This document shows positions 24,138 to 36,821 of a stretch of DNA of 64,000 nt, piece by piece. Origin of the DNA: Leucoraja ocellata. Taxonomy: Eukaryota. The notes below the pieces were generated by a model. The model ran no database searches. It was not told the DNA's origin and was given only the letters and a program-made list of their open reading frames with translations. Within the stretch, counting starts at the first letter, position 1. Each line of letters begins with the position of its first letter. The translations under genes were made by a program, and so were the position numbers. The DNA lies in NCBI GenBank assembly GCA_036785375.1, contig JAWMAR010000104.1, positions 4,402,001 through 4,466,000 on the forward strand. The letters are read 5' to 3'.

Positions 24138-26519
24138 TCATTTTCTTGCGCTGTTTTCCCTGACACTCGCCTCATTGAAAGGCAATGTTGGATGGCATGG
24201 TTTCAGAAAGAGGAAATCACTTTTCGAAGATTCAGGTGACAAACACACAGTATAACGGTAACCTTCGGTCTGACCAGAACCAATATAATCCGCATCCTCG
24301 TTTGCAACTTGACGCTGATGAAAGATCATATCCGAATTATTACGGTCCGAGCAGCAAACGCTAGTGCTGTACCTTTCTTCAATATTTCTGTCTTGTTTAA
24401 ACTTCACCACCAGCAAACAAATAATAGTTATCAGAAACAGAAAAGACGTTGATCCTAAAGCGACGACTAAATACAGATTGAGATTCAAACGTTGTTTCTT
24501 CTCATTGGGCTCGATGGAGATTTCAGACGATAGCACTGTACTGTTAGGCAAGAATATGAAAATGACTGTGGCTGTACTGGAAAGGCTGGGTTGTCCATTA
24601 TCCTTTACACAGAGGACAAATATGTTTGTGATCAGGTCTTGGTCTTCTAAACTTCTAGTTGCTCGGATTTCACCAGATAGAACATCCAAAGTGAACAAAC
24701 TGTTGTCTGTGGGTTCCAATTGTAAATAGGAAAGCCTTGCGTTTTGACCAGAATCTGCATCAGTCGCAATTACCTTGGTGACCAAGTAGCCCGAGTGTAC
24801 AGACTGGGGCACAATGTCCACCGATGCTGAACCATTCCATATCAAAGGCGAAACAATTATTGGGGCATTGTCATTTTGGTCCAAAATTATAACATTTACG
24901 GTAACAGTGCCGCTCAGTGATGGAGTTCCAGAATCCCGAGCTTGCACTTTGAATTGGAAATGCTTCAATTCTTCATAGTCAAAGGAAATCAGTGCGTAAA
25001 TGTCGCCATTCTTAGAGTTCATTGTGACAAATCGCGACTCGGAGCCCTCATCTAGAATGCTGTATATTACGTCACCGTTTGGACCAATATCAGAATCGAT
25101 TGCGGAAACAGCAAATACGGAAGATCCCGGCGTGTTGTTTTCCATTAAATAAACATTATAGTTTGTTTGTGTGAATCGAGGTGAGTTATCATTTATGTCA
25201 GAAACTGAAATCAAGACATTTTCCTGCGATGAAAGAGACGGTGAACCACCATCCCATGCTGATATAGAGATGTTATACACTGTGGTTATTTCACGATCCA
25301 AAACATCACTGGTAATCAAATTGTAATTATTGATAGAATATTGTTCAAGTTTAAACGGAAACTCTTTTGGAATTTGACAATAGACATGACCATTTTTCTC
25401 GGAATCTAGATCAGTTACACTGATTGATGCAACGACGGTTCCTGGTTGTGCGTTTTCAGGAACCGTACTGGAAGACGAGATGACCTGTATCTCGGGAGCA
25501 TTGTCATTTACATCAGTTATGGTGATAATAACCTTTGCATGACCCGTCAATCGGGGTGAACCATTGTCTATTGCTTTTACATCAAGTTCATAAAAGTGAG
25601 ATTCCTCAAAATTTAGCGTTCCTTCAACAGTGATCTGTCCTTTTTGCGGATCCAGTTTGAAGAGCTCACGGATCGATTGAGGAACGTGGTTTGTGAAACT
25701 GTATGTGAGTGCTGCATTGCTGCCTTCATCCAAATCGGCTGCGGTGATTTTTGTCGCCAGCGTTCCTTTCGGGGCGTTCTCTGATAACGTTGCGCTGTAT
25801 GTTTCATATTCAAATTGAGGGGCGTTGTCATTCCCATCCTCTACTGTAATGATAACGCGGGCTGTACCTGATCTGCGCGGATTCCCACCATCAATGGCGG
25901 TGAGTGTGAGCTGAAACGTCGCCTGCTGCTCACGGTCCAAGGTTTTCTCCAACAGCAGCTCTGCAGTCTTACTGCCTCCCCGTCTTGTCTGCACTTTAAT
26001 ACCGAAGTGGTCGTTCGGACTGATCTGGTAAGTGTTAATTGTATTTGTACCGACATCGGGATCACTCGCGCTCTCGAAAGGAAACCGCGCTCCCGGCGTA
26101 ATCTGTTCACTTATATTGAAATAATATTCACTCTCATGAAAACTGGGGGAATTATCGTTTATATCGAGGATTGTAACCGCAATAGTATATATTTCCTTAG
26201 GATTATGGAGCGCAATCTGTAAAGACAGGGAGCACGTAAGCCTTTGCTTGCACAGCTGCTCTCTGTCGATTCTTTCGCTCACAAATAAATGACCATCATC
26301 CACATTTACCTCGAGGAACTGCTTCCTTTCATCGGAGACCAGGATAGGGCTGCGAGCCGGTAACTCCCATGCGTTTAGTCTTAAATCCTGAGCGATATTC
26401 CCAACAAAGGCTCTAAGCTCCATTTCCTCGGGAATCGAGTAATGAAGCTGCGCCGAGACTATGCCCGACATGCAGACAAGGAAAGCAAAAGACGACACGC
26501 AGTTCAATACATTCGCCAT
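24138..26519 (-). CDS. Clustered protocadherin unit 3 (793 aa from MANVLN)
   Basis: Intact ORF with 6 EC repeats, TM and YTVCLSPESSKSDFLFLKP tail. Start placed at the ATG at 26519 by the shared GAACAATGGCG context and signal peptide, not at the ORF-track start 26570. Confidence 0.95.
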   Translation of the reverse strand: MANVLNCVSSFAFLVCMSGIVSAQLHYSIPEEMELRAFVGNIAQDLRLNAWELPARSPILVSDERKQFLEVNVDDGHLFVSERIDREQLCKQRLTCSLSLQIALHNPKEIYTIAVTILDINDNSPSFHESEYYFNISEQITPGARFPFESASDPDVGTNTINTYQISPNDHFGIKVQTRRGGSKTAELLLEKTLDREQQATFQLTLTAIDGGNPRRSGTARVIITVEDGNDNAPQFEYETYSATLSENAPKGTLATKITAADLDEGSNAALTYSFTNHVPQSIRELFKLDPQKGQITVEGTLNFEESHFYELDVKAIDNGSPRLTGHAKVIITITDVNDNAPEIQVISSSSTVPENAQPGTVVASISVTDLDSEKNGHVYCQIPKEFPFKLEQYSINNYNLITSDVLDREITTVYNISISAWDGGSPSLSSQENVLISVSDINDNSPRFTQTNYNVYLMENNTPGSSVFAVSAIDSDIGPNGDVIYSILDEGSESRFVTMNSKNGDIYALISFDYEELKHFQFKVQARDSGTPSLSGTVTVNVIILDQNDNAPIIVSPLIWNGSASVDIVPQSVHSGYLVTKVIATDADSGQNARLSYLQLEPTDNSLFTLDVLSGEIRATRSLEDQDLITNIFVLCVKDNGQPSLSSTATVIFIFLPNSTVLSSEISIEPNEKKQRLNLNLYLVVALGSTSFLFLITIICLLVVKFKQDRNIEERYSTSVCCSDRNNSDMIFHQRQVANEDADYIGSGQTEGYRYTVCLSPESSKSDFLFLKPCHPTLPFNEASVRENSARK

Positions 26520-26694
26520 TGTTCTGAGAGAAATATGCAGCAAATTACTTAATAAAAACCTGTTTTTCAATATCCTAATCTATGCTATGCCGTAACTGTA
26601 TTGACGTTTACACGGAAAATGCTGAATTAATATGGCCGTGCAAGGTAAGCGCCTGTTCTGTTCGTCTCCTCCACTCTGCTCTGCGTTTTCGTGA

Positions 26695-26802
26695 CGGAGA
26701 GGGGTCGATCTCTTGCAGCCTCTCGTTCCTCATTGGTGGACAGCGACACGAGGAGTTCCAACCAATAACTGCAGCAAATGTTCTTAAAGGGTGACTGCTT
26801 CC
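26695..26802 (-). promoter_or_regulatory. Protocadherin promoter with CSE, unit 3
   Basis: GTGTCGCTGTCCACCAAT at 26749-26732, TGCAGTT starting at 26773, CCTTTAAGAA at 26790-26781. Confidence 0.85.
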
Positions 26803-28476
26803 ATGGCGTTTCACATGTACTGAACTTCATATTTATGGGTGCGCAATGAAAAATATCCAGATCCCTTTAAAACATATCAGGTTATGGCTCACCCTTGTTG
26901 GGAAATACAGGTACTGTATGCATCATCCTGAAATATTTAAGACATGGTTCATTTTGCCCCTATTGAGTTTAGCTGAATATGACCGCTTATATTCCAGGTT
27001 TGTTCTTGCGCATTATAACCCTGCCTGTTCAAATGCACAATATATTTCAGTCATTTATAGAAATTATGTTAAAATCCCATTCCCCTACGTCAATTTGTTT
27101 TTTGAACTGAACACCATGATTAGCTTTGTTGATATTTGTCTATTTCTGATAATGTATTAAATCTCAATGCAGGTTTTTTTTAATACAAAGCAAAATGACA
27201 AAATGGGCATTTTGAATTCGAAATATTGAGGCTAAGTGTAGATAATTAGAAATATATGGAATTTTCCTATAATTGTGAAAACGCCATGTCTAATTAACTA
27301 TACTTATTTCATTGGCCATCTTAAGTGGGCAGTTTTCTGGTTTTCGAAATGCAACTAGAGGATTTGCACGGGGAATGGTGTAGAATGTTTTGCGATGTAC
27401 GTAACTAATTTGGATTAACGCACAAAGGCGTGGTTGTTAAATTTACAGCTGCTCTTTAATAGTACATGTGTGCCGAAAGCGACCCTCGAAGGCTACTAAA
27501 AAGAGTAAATAAAATTTACCTGATAGGAGAACAATCTGGCAAAATAACGTGGAAGAAATTGGAACTGGACTATTCGGCAAGAAGAAGACGTGAAATAAGA
27601 CATCAAAACGATGAAAGGTTGTTGAGCTCTTGCACAAAATGAATCAGCATGTATTGTTCCACGTTTCCGGTTTAAAAAAAAAATATATGGAAGGAGTGTA
27701 GGTAATTGGGAAAGTTAGCTGAATTATGTCATTGTTTTGCTCAGTCATAGTCATACCTCACACACACGGGCTCGTAGGCCCAACTCCTCAATGCCAACCA
27801 AGGTGCTCCCAGGTAAACTCATCATATTCCCCCGAGCCTGACCTATATCCCTTTGAATCTTTCATATCCATATATCTGTCCGGGTATCTTTTCAATGTTG
27901 TTACCTTGATCGCGTTTATTTCTTTATTCCATTCTACCCGTACACCTTTCGGATAGTTAAAATCCAGCAAAATTTCTTGATATATTGGATGCGTGTTTTT
28001 TAAATATTTTTTCTGCAAAGTATTAGTTTTGTACGGTACACCAAAAATGCTGGAGAAACTCAGCGGGTGCAGCAGCATCTATGGAGCGAATGAAATAGGC
28101 AACGTTTCGGGCCGAAATCTTTCTTCAGACTCCGAAGGAAATAGGCAACGTTTCGGGCGGAAACATTTTGCCCATTGTTTGTCCGATTTTAACCCCATCC
28201 CAATTCTTACGCACATTGCAATCTTTGCAAATATAAAAACTACGTTAACATAATATTCACATTTACCTCTTTAGTCAGCCAATAATTCGTCGTGGATGTC
28301 GCCATTCTCATTAATATACTTGTTAACGTTGAATTTCAAAATGTATCGACTGCTTGCCTTCACCAGAGTAGAAGACCTCAGATGCGCATTGGCATGGCAA
28401 ACTGGGTGCACACATGTTTTTCGATCATGAGCAAGTGCTGTATTTTACCTATGGTGTGGTGGTGGTGCGATGGGTC

Positions 28477-29232
28477 ATAGAAACATATACATAGAAAATA
28501 GGTGCAGGAGTAGGCCATTCGGCCCTTCGAGCCTGCACCGCAATTCAATATGATCATGGCTGATCATCCAACTCAGTATCCTGTTCCTGCCTTCTCTCCA
28601 TACCCCCTGATCCCTTTAGCCACAAGGGCCACATCTAACTCCCTCTTAAATATAGCCAATGAACTGGCCTCAACTACCTTCTGCGGGAGAGAATTCCAGA
28701 GATTCACCACTCTCTGTGTGAAAAAGGTTTTCCTCATCTCGGTCCTAAAAGATTTCCCCCTTATCCTTAAACTGTGACCCCTTGTTCTGGACTTCTCCAA
28801 CATCGGGAACAATCTTCCTGCATCTAGCCTGTCCAACCCCTTAAGAATTTTGTACGTTTCTATAAGATCCTCCCCTCAATCTTCTAAATTCTAGCGAGTA
28901 CAAACCGAGTCTATCCAGTCTTTCTTCATATGAAAGTCCTGACATCCCAGGAATCATTCTGGTGAACCTTCTCTGTACTCCCTCTATGGCAAGAATGTCT
29001 TTCCTCAGATTAGGAGACCAAAACCGTACGCAATACTCCAGGTGTGGTCTCACCAAGACCCGTACAACTGCAGTAGAGCCTCCCTGCTCCTATACTCAAA
29101 TCCTTTTGCTATGAATGCTAACATACCATTCGCCTTCTTCACTGCCTGCTGCACCTGCATGCCTACTTTTAATGACTGGTGTACCATGACACCCAGGTCT
29201 CGTTGCATCTCCCACTTTCCTAATCGGCCATC
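28477..29232 (-). mobile_element. 5'-truncated CR1 LINE
   Basis: Near-identical to 12316-13070. ORF2 C-terminus (RTRGHSLRI, FFTQRVVNLWNSLP) and CATAGAAA tail. Confidence 0.9.
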
Positions 29233-29427
29233 GGGTCTGGTCGGTTGTCGTTCAGTCCGTGTGATCGTCCACCACGCTCTCTGTTTCAATTATCATTTTA
29301 CCTCTGCTCCTCAGTGATGTGAAGAAAACTGACTTTTATAATATGTTTCGGTAATCAAGCCACAACAGTATAGAATAAAAATGCAGGAGAAACTCAGCGG
29401 GTGAGGCAGCGTCTATAATCGAAGGAA

Positions 29428-29463
29428 TAGGTGACGTTTCGGGTCGAGACCCTTCTTCAGCCC
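29428..29463 (-). ncRNA. Second intact-core hammerhead motif in a Penelope terminal repeat
   Basis: CTGAAGAAGGGTCTCGACCCGAAACGTCACC on the minus strand, identical core to 39932-39967. Confidence 0.6.
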
Positions 29464-29464
29464 A

Positions 29465-29647
29465 ATTAACCTACACACGTCTTTGGAGTATGGGAGGAAA
29501 CCGAAGATCTCGGAGAAAACCCACGCGGCTATTGGGGGATAACGTGCAAACTCCGTAGAGGAAGCAGCCCTGGTCGGGATCGAACCCTGGTATCTGGCGC
29601 AGCAAGCGCTGGAAGACAGCAATTCCACCGCTGCTCCACCGTGCCGA
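29465..29647 (-). mobile_element. tRNA-derived V-SINE (HE1-like)
   Basis: A box TGGAGCAGCGG, B box GGTTCGATCC, V-domain GGAGTTTGCACGTT...GCGTGGGTTTTCTCCG...GGTTTCCTCCCA. Confidence 0.8.
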
Positions 29648-30499
29648 CTTACGCTACGTCCACTTCGCTTTGGATGAATTGCACCAATTAATATGAATGA
29701 AGTGATTCCAAGATAATGAATGTAAATAAGGTGAATTAACATCTTTCGCGTTTGCGAAGTAAAATTAATAGTTATTAAACTACTTTTCTAGTAGTTTATT
29801 CAAAGACGTTTAGAGTGCATTGCCAATTTATTGCTAAAGGTAATGTACAGCACACATGTATTTACACAATACTACATCAATAGTGTGCATCCGCCTTATT
29901 TACGCATGGTGTTGCAGATGAGGATTCTAATTGGAGAAATTTCTATACCGTTCGATATTTTCAGCTTTAAGTATTTTTAATAATAGTGGGACGGAACATA
30001 GCAGCCATGAGGCTATTATACAGTGATTTCCCAAATATTCTTGAATCTATGAAGGTAGCATTGAATCTGGAACGACTAAAGATTACAAAGTGAATTTCGG
30101 AAGGTTTAGGTTTATTACTGACAGGTGTGCCGGGATGCAGTAAAAGGGTAAGATTGGGTGCTATCTAAACAGATATCTAATTGTATACATTAATACAATC
30201 ACGTTAAATCCAAGTACAATAGATAGAGCAAAGGGGAGGATACAGAGTGCATGACATAATTCAGACAAGTCTTTGATTATGTTGTTCGCATTTTCTAGGC
30301 AGCGTGAAGTGTAGATGGAGTCAATGATAGGAAGTCTGGTCTGTGCGATGGGCTGGGATACATCTGCTACACTCTGGTATTTGTTGTGGTCTTGTTTTGT
30401 GTGCTTTATTGGTGTATCTATAGCGGCTGTAAGAATAATTGGACCATGCAGAATTTCAGTAATTTCCTCTGCCAATCGAGACATCAGTGGCTGCCGCGT

Positions 30500-32110
30500 C
30501 ATTGTAGTTGATCCACGACATCGTTAATAATACAATACATCAAGGAATTTCAAGCAGTCGACTATTTATACTTGGCAACAGTTGATGCTGTTTGGGACGT
30601 ACTCCACCATGATACCTGAAGCCGATAACTAGCTCCTTCCTCTACCTGACATTGAGGGAGCGGGTGTTGTCACGATGACATGTTATTAAGTTCTCCATCT
30701 CCTTCCTATGTCGGTATTGTCATTGTTTGTGACCCGACACACCACGGTGCTGTAGATGGAGTTAGAGCTGAATTTGGCCGTACAGTTATCAGTGTATAGA
30801 GAGCAATGTGCGGGAACAGAGAACGCATCCTTGTGGGGCACCATTGTCGATCATTATTATGGAGGGTATCTTGTCAAATATCCTCACTGATTGAGTCTAT
30901 TGTTCAGAAGGTCGAGGACCCTGTGGAAGAGGGGGGGGTGGGGTGCTGATTTCTGTTCCTGGCAGTTTTGAGATGAGTTTGGATGGGACTAAAGTGTTGA
31001 AAGTGGGTCTAGACTGACTGGGGTTAATGTGTCTCATTACAATTCTCTTGACGCACTTCAATTATTGCTATCAGAGGCATGGACGTTCGTTATATGTGCA
31101 CATGATCTAACTTTATCTTTAGCGCTGGGGTTACAGTGGTCTCACTGTAGCAAACCTACCAACCCTCACGGTCCCTCAGATCCACATCAGCCGGTCTCCT
31201 CTCCATCCACATGTCCAACCTCCGCAGTTTTGGGGACAGAGCCTTCTCCAGGGCCCTCCCAGGCTCCGGAATCCCCTCCCCCAACTGATCCGCAATTCCG
31301 TGTTCCTCACAATCTTCCAGTCCCGCCTCAAGACCCATCTCTTCTCCTCTGCCTATCCTTAGCCCCACGTCCCACTCCCTTTTCATCTGTGCATTAATTG
31401 CCTCATATTGTGTTTTGAATTGTATTCTGTCTTTGCTTTGTGTACTAGTCATGTCTCTACTATTTATTTCATTCCCCTTACATGTTTTTCCTCTACCTGC
31501 TAATTATTTGTAAGTTGTCCTTGAGACTCTTGAAAGGCGCCCATAAATAAAATGTATTATTATTATTATTAGATTGGAGTAGTGAGTGGATACAAATCTC
31601 TACCAGTTGATCTGCACAGGACGACAGGTAGGAAGGCTCATATTACATCTGCGTGAGCAACCATTGCTATTGGCACTCAGATACTTACGGGGTGGATAGT
31701 TTCCCCCCATCGACCCATTTTCCAAGAAGGCATAGTATGAACTTGAGTTCATCGGTTGGGACGCATTCGTGCCAGCGATGCTACCTCTCTTTATTTCTTA
31801 GTGCGTTGTAGCGTGCAAGCCTTACCACAACCTACCGGCTTCCAACTTGATCCGGAATTCCCTACAGACATCTTATTGGGTCTTCAAATGCGGTAGATAG
31901 ATAGAATCCGTGTGAATTGAATGCTGAAGTCTTGGACATCACCTGGGAGTGGACCATGTGGTTTATCCAAAGGCTCTGTTCGGAAAACACGTGTATCGTC
32001 TTCTTTGGTACACAGTCCTCTATACACTTGCTGGTAGGCTGTGTGGCAGCAGTGACGTAATCATCTAGATTAGTAGTAGAATTCTTGAATATGGACCTGT
32101 CTTGATGTCT
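30500..32110 (-). mobile_element. Degenerate Rex1/Babar LINE fragments flanking the L2 insertion
   Basis: Peptide KCIEDCVPKKTIHVF..W typical of Rex1 ORF2, and a degenerate GAPQG RT segment near 30835. Confidence 0.55.
31150..31570 (+). mobile_element. L2 LINE 3' end
   Basis: GDRAFS-encoding segment (ggggacagagccttctcc), CTCAAGACCCATCTCTTC, and tail TGAAAGGCGC...AAATAAAATG(TAT)n. Confidence 0.8.
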
Positions 32111-32199
32111 TATTTGCTTTCGCCATCCCCCCCCCCCCCCCCCCCCCACTGTCTGCGTAAAAGACAACGTACCAGGTAAGTATATTTTGCGTTTCGCGT

Positions 32200-33100
32200 C
32201 TCATCTTATGGCCACGCCCTCCAGCATTTAACATTTCCTCCCTACAACAAGTCTCTGACCATCCACCCCACCTTCCTTGTTCATATTTTAAATATTTATA
32301 CCAAGTCTCCCCCTCAGCCTTCCACGCTCCAGAGACACCGTCTCAATGTATCCAACTTCCCCTCACAGCTAATACTCTCTGATACACGGTTCATCATGCT
32401 GAGCTTCTGTATTTCTCCAACGCCTCCATCCCCTTCTGCAATTGCAGCGACAACAACTTCACACAATAATGGAAACATTTGGCCTTACTAAAGTTTAATA
32501 TACTCCCGACTTTAATATGCAACACCTCGGCGAATGAAGGTCTGTATGCCATTCGCATTCTTTGCCTTCCTATTCACATAGGTTGCAACTTTCCTTGAGC
32601 TATGGGTTTGCATCTCAAATTCATCTCTATGCTCATGCTCTTAAGCGGCCTGCCTCGCTTACTATGTGCCTTTCTCTTACCCCACTTCACACCCTCGCAG
32701 CTTAAACTCCAGGTCCCATTTCTCTGTCCACATTTGAAAATGGTCAATATCCTGCTGAATGTTCTCAGCATCTTGCACACTATCCACAGTTCCACCATTC
32801 TTGGTATCACATTCCATGTTCCTAATGGGCTAATCTACAAGAATGAGAATAATGCATAGCCACCACTCCATTCATCTTTATTTTTCACGGCAACATTCAA
32901 TCCAATCAACCAAGTCACATGGGTTAATAAGGCTGTTTATTTCTAATGTGAGTAGTTCCTATCTCTGAGATTATTCTCTAATATTTTCATTGCCCCCATT
33001 GACTAAGCAGACTATAATTTATTAGTTCGATTGTATTAATGTTCTGAATCAGAGGACCAACAGTAGCTGATTTACAATCTCCGTGTGCCACGTCTGTGGT
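32200..33100 (-). mobile_element. Old CR1 LINE fragment
   Basis: Degenerate reverse-strand CR1 ORF2 sequence (ccccctcagcct, atgccattcgcattctt). Confidence 0.55.
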
Positions 33101-34281
33101 TGAAGAGGAATTAAAGATATATATATGGATGCTCCAGGTATGTCCTCTCTTGCTTCTGACACTGACCCAGGATATATCTCATTGGGCTCTGGGAACGTAC
33201 TTACCTTTAATGTAATTGAAGAGATCCAATACTTCTTCCTTTATGATATAAACTTGCCATTGCATAACAGCATATCAGCCCCTGCTTTCGCTTTCCTCCA
33301 CGTCCTTCTGCTTGGTGATTACGGGTGTGAAATGTTTGTTCAATACCTGGCCCATTTCCCCTGTCTCCAAGCAAAATGTTACTGATCGGTCTTTGAGTAG
33401 TCCCACCTGCTCCAATTTTATCCTGTCGTTTGAATGTATAGTGAAAATGCCTTGAGATTACCTATTTGTACACGCTAGTGAAATTTAGTGAGCCTTTTTG
33501 GCCCACCTGATTCTTTGCTGGGGTTGCCTCCTGCTTGTTTTGTATTCTTCAAAGTCCCTGTCCAACTTCAGCTTCGTAACATACATATGTTCCCAGAAGG
33601 AGCAACTTCCCCAGGGCAATTTTGTTGGATCGTCGTTTTCAGAAACAGAAAATACAAACTTGTGTCAATTTTTCTTATTTAATGGAAAACAAATTACGTG
33701 CCTAATATACGTTTTTTCAAGTACAAACGAAGATTCAGGTATAATATATCTTCCACATAATCAGTGTAATTTCTACGCGGGTAACCTTGGAATAACCTGG
33801 GACAATATACACTATATACTCTATTCCAACCAAAGATATTTATTTTAAATACATTAATTTGCATGGTATATATTATTGAAACTATTTTAATTCCTTGTGG
33901 AATAATTCTTGTTGATCGCACAATATCTTACAGTCCATGACACATAAATACTGGTCAAGGCCTAATATTATAGCTCGTGGTTGCTTGCAAATGTAATATA
34001 AATTCGATTAATTTCAATATATCAGTGGTGGGGGTGAACGAAAGACATACTCATGCTGTGCAGACCAGCAAGCCAGAAATGAAAAACAGAAGAAAATAGG
34101 TTAATACAACCTGCATGGTTTTTTTTTAGCAGTCACACAATATTGCACCGAAATACAATGTTTGTCCATTCAAGATGAGAACCTAACGAACGGATAGTTA
34201 GTTCAAAATGTGTATTTTAAAAAATCGTAAATATTCGCAACGTCAGTTATCGGCATGACACTCCTTTAAATGCCATACTAG

Positions 34282-36612
34282 TTATTTCACTGCGCCGTTA
34301 TTCGGAACGTCCGAATCATTGAAAGGTAAGGTATCATGACAAGGCTTAAGAAACAAAAAATCACTCTTCGATGACTCTGGAGATAAGCAGACGGTATAAT
34401 TATAGCCATCGTTTTGACGAACATCCGAATAATTGAAATAATTATGTGTTGTAGGTACACTTAAGGCAGCAGGTCTTTCTGAACCATGTTTAAGCTTCAA
34501 CACAACCAGGAAAATTATGATGACAAGAAACACAAAGGAAGTTGACCCTAAAGCGATGATTAAGTAGTGATTCACTGGTGAAAATTGGGTGGAACTCCTG
34601 TCGTTATCTGTTCGTTTGAAAGTTTTTTCAGTGACATTGGATAAAATTGAAAATGTAACTGTGACCGTACTGGAGAGGATCGGCTCACCATTGTCTTTTA
34701 CGCAGATGAGTAGTCTATCCGAACTTACGTCTTCCTTTCTTAAACTTCGCGTTGCTCTTATTTCTCCAGAGAGAAGATCCAACGTAAACAGAGTGGGGTC
34801 ACTGGCTTCCAAAATTTGATAACGCAGACGAGAGTTCTGACCGGAATCCGCGTCTGTCGCGATTACTTTTGTGATCACATATTCTGGAAATGTTAACTGT
34901 GGGTCTATCTCCACAGATGCAGTGCTGTTCCATGTTAAAGGTGAAATGATAACGGGAGCGTTATCATTTTGGTCCAAGATAATAATATTCACGATAACTG
35001 CGGAACTTAGTGGAGGAGATCCAGCATCCTGGGCTTGAAGTTTGATCTGGAAATGCTTCCGTTCTTCATAGTCAAAGGAGTACAGTGCGTAAATAATTCC
35101 ACTTCTTGAGTTAATAGTAACATACGGAGATGCGGAAACCCCTTGCACGTGATTCTCAATAATAGAGTAGGCGACTTCCCCGTTCTGATTTAAGTCTGGA
35201 TCTGAAGCCGTTACAGCAAATATGGAAGCGCCCGGTGTATTGTTCTCCGCTACGTACGCACTATAGGCAGGTTGGGTAAAACTTGGGATGTTATCATTTA
35301 TATCAGATATGGAAACAAAAACTGTTTTATTTGTGGAAAGTGGAGGAGAGCCGCCATCCCAGGCTGAAATAGTGATGTTGTATATCGGGACAACTTCGCG
35401 GTTCAAAACACCATTCGTGACCAATTTGTAGTTTGTCCTCGAAGTCTTAACCAATTTAAATGGAAGATGCTCTGGAACCTGACATTGAACCTCCCCATAT
35501 TCGCCAGAATCTAAATCTGTTACGCTAATCATTGATGTGACTGTACCGACAGGGGCATCTTCATGCACTGCGCCAGTCATCACAGTCACCTCAATTGTGG
35601 GAACGTTATCATTCGTATCTAGTAATTCGACTATAACTTTGGCATTTCCAGTCATGCCCGCTGAACCATTGTCTACAACTTGTACATCAAGTTCGTACAT
35701 ATTTGTTTCTTCATAATCGAATGCACCGTGAACTCTAATCTCCCCAGTTATCTGGTCTAATTTAAACAACTCGCGTATATTTTGGGGCACATAACTTGTG
35801 AAAGAATATGTTAGCTCTGCGTTCACCCCTTCATCCAAATCAACAGCGTTAATTTTAGTTAATAATGTGCCTACTGCGACGTTTTCAACTACGTGCACTC
35901 GATAAACTTCACGGTCAAAAATGGGTGCATTATCATTGACGTCTGCCACAGCAATGTTTATTTGAGTTGTACCAGATCTTTGAGGGATGCCACCATCAAT
36001 TGCGGTCAGTATCAAATGATAGGTCGATTGTTGCTCACGATCTAAGCTTTTCTCTAATACCAGCAGGGCATCTTTGCTCCCATCTGTTCTCGTCTGCATC
36101 TTGAGACCGAAGTGTTCATTTGAACTAACACGGTAGATGCTGATTGTGTTTGTGCCCACGTCAGGGTCGTACGCGCTCTCGAGGGGAAAGCGCGCTCCTG
36201 TCGCAACCAATTCATTCATCTGCAAGGAGAATTCTGCTTTCGGAAATACGGGTGAATTGTCATTTATATCTAGGATCTCCACTGCAATCTGATGCATTTC
36301 AAAAGGACCGTCGAGGATTATCTGGTAATTCAGGATACAGACAAAGCTTTGCTTACATATTTCTTCCCTATCAATTCTTTCATTCACAAATAAAATGCCA
36401 TTCTTCTGATTTACCTCCATATATTTCTTGCTTCCTTCACAGACAAGCCGAAACATTCGTGGCGATAATTCCCAAACGTTCAGTTTCAAATCCTCGGCGA
36501 TATTTCCCACAGTTGTTCCTGGCGCCTGCTCCTCTGGAATCGAATAGTCAATTTGCCCCGAAACCGGGCCCAATGCAAAAAGAAGGAAGAAATTGCAAAT
36601 TGCTAGCGCCAT
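34282..36612 (-). CDS. Clustered protocadherin unit 4 (776 aa)
   Basis: Intact ORF with signal peptide, QIDYSIPEE, 6 EC repeats, TM, shortened juxtamembrane region and YTVCLSPESSKSDFLFLKP. Confidence 0.95.
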   Translation of the reverse strand: MALAICNFFLLFALGPVSGQIDYSIPEEQAPGTTVGNIAEDLKLNVWELSPRMFRLVCEGSKKYMEVNQKNGILFVNERIDREEICKQSFVCILNYQIILDGPFEMHQIAVEILDINDNSPVFPKAEFSLQMNELVATGARFPLESAYDPDVGTNTISIYRVSSNEHFGLKMQTRTDGSKDALLVLEKSLDREQQSTYHLILTAIDGGIPQRSGTTQINIAVADVNDNAPIFDREVYRVHVVENVAVGTLLTKINAVDLDEGVNAELTYSFTSYVPQNIRELFKLDQITGEIRVHGAFDYEETNMYELDVQVVDNGSAGMTGNAKVIVELLDTNDNVPTIEVTVMTGAVHEDAPVGTVTSMISVTDLDSGEYGEVQCQVPEHLPFKLVKTSRTNYKLVTNGVLNREVVPIYNITISAWDGGSPPLSTNKTVFVSISDINDNIPSFTQPAYSAYVAENNTPGASIFAVTASDPDLNQNGEVAYSIIENHVQGVSASPYVTINSRSGIIYALYSFDYEERKHFQIKLQAQDAGSPPLSSAVIVNIIILDQNDNAPVIISPLTWNSTASVEIDPQLTFPEYVITKVIATDADSGQNSRLRYQILEASDPTLFTLDLLSGEIRATRSLRKEDVSSDRLLICVKDNGEPILSSTVTVTFSILSNVTEKTFKRTDNDRSSTQFSPVNHYLIIALGSTSFVFLVIIIFLVVLKLKHGSERPAALSVPTTHNYFNYSDVRQNDGYNYTVCLSPESSKSDFLFLKPCHDTLPFNDSDVPNNGAVK

Positions 36613-36821
36613 TGTTCTCAGCAGAATTCACTGTCAGGCGTCCAAGAATATTAACCAAACGTTATTATCAACATCGCCTGCACTAGCACTATTCGTCGTA
36701 TTTTTACCTAAGTATTGAACTGCGAAAAGCAAAGATCAAACCGGGGTTGCTTTGCTACACACGGCCGTTCAACACAAACCCAGACGCCGTCTGTCTCTTC
36801 GCTTCTGTTTTCCGTTCCACT

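Noticed and set aside
24165-24176. AG|GCGAGT possible GC splice donor near the unit 3 end
   Set aside because: Not conserved at the aligned position in units 1, 2 and 4.
26761-26768. Second, inverted CCAAT box suggesting a divergent promoter
   Set aside because: Present in only three units and explained by the TT-ATT-GG flank of the CTCF upstream module.
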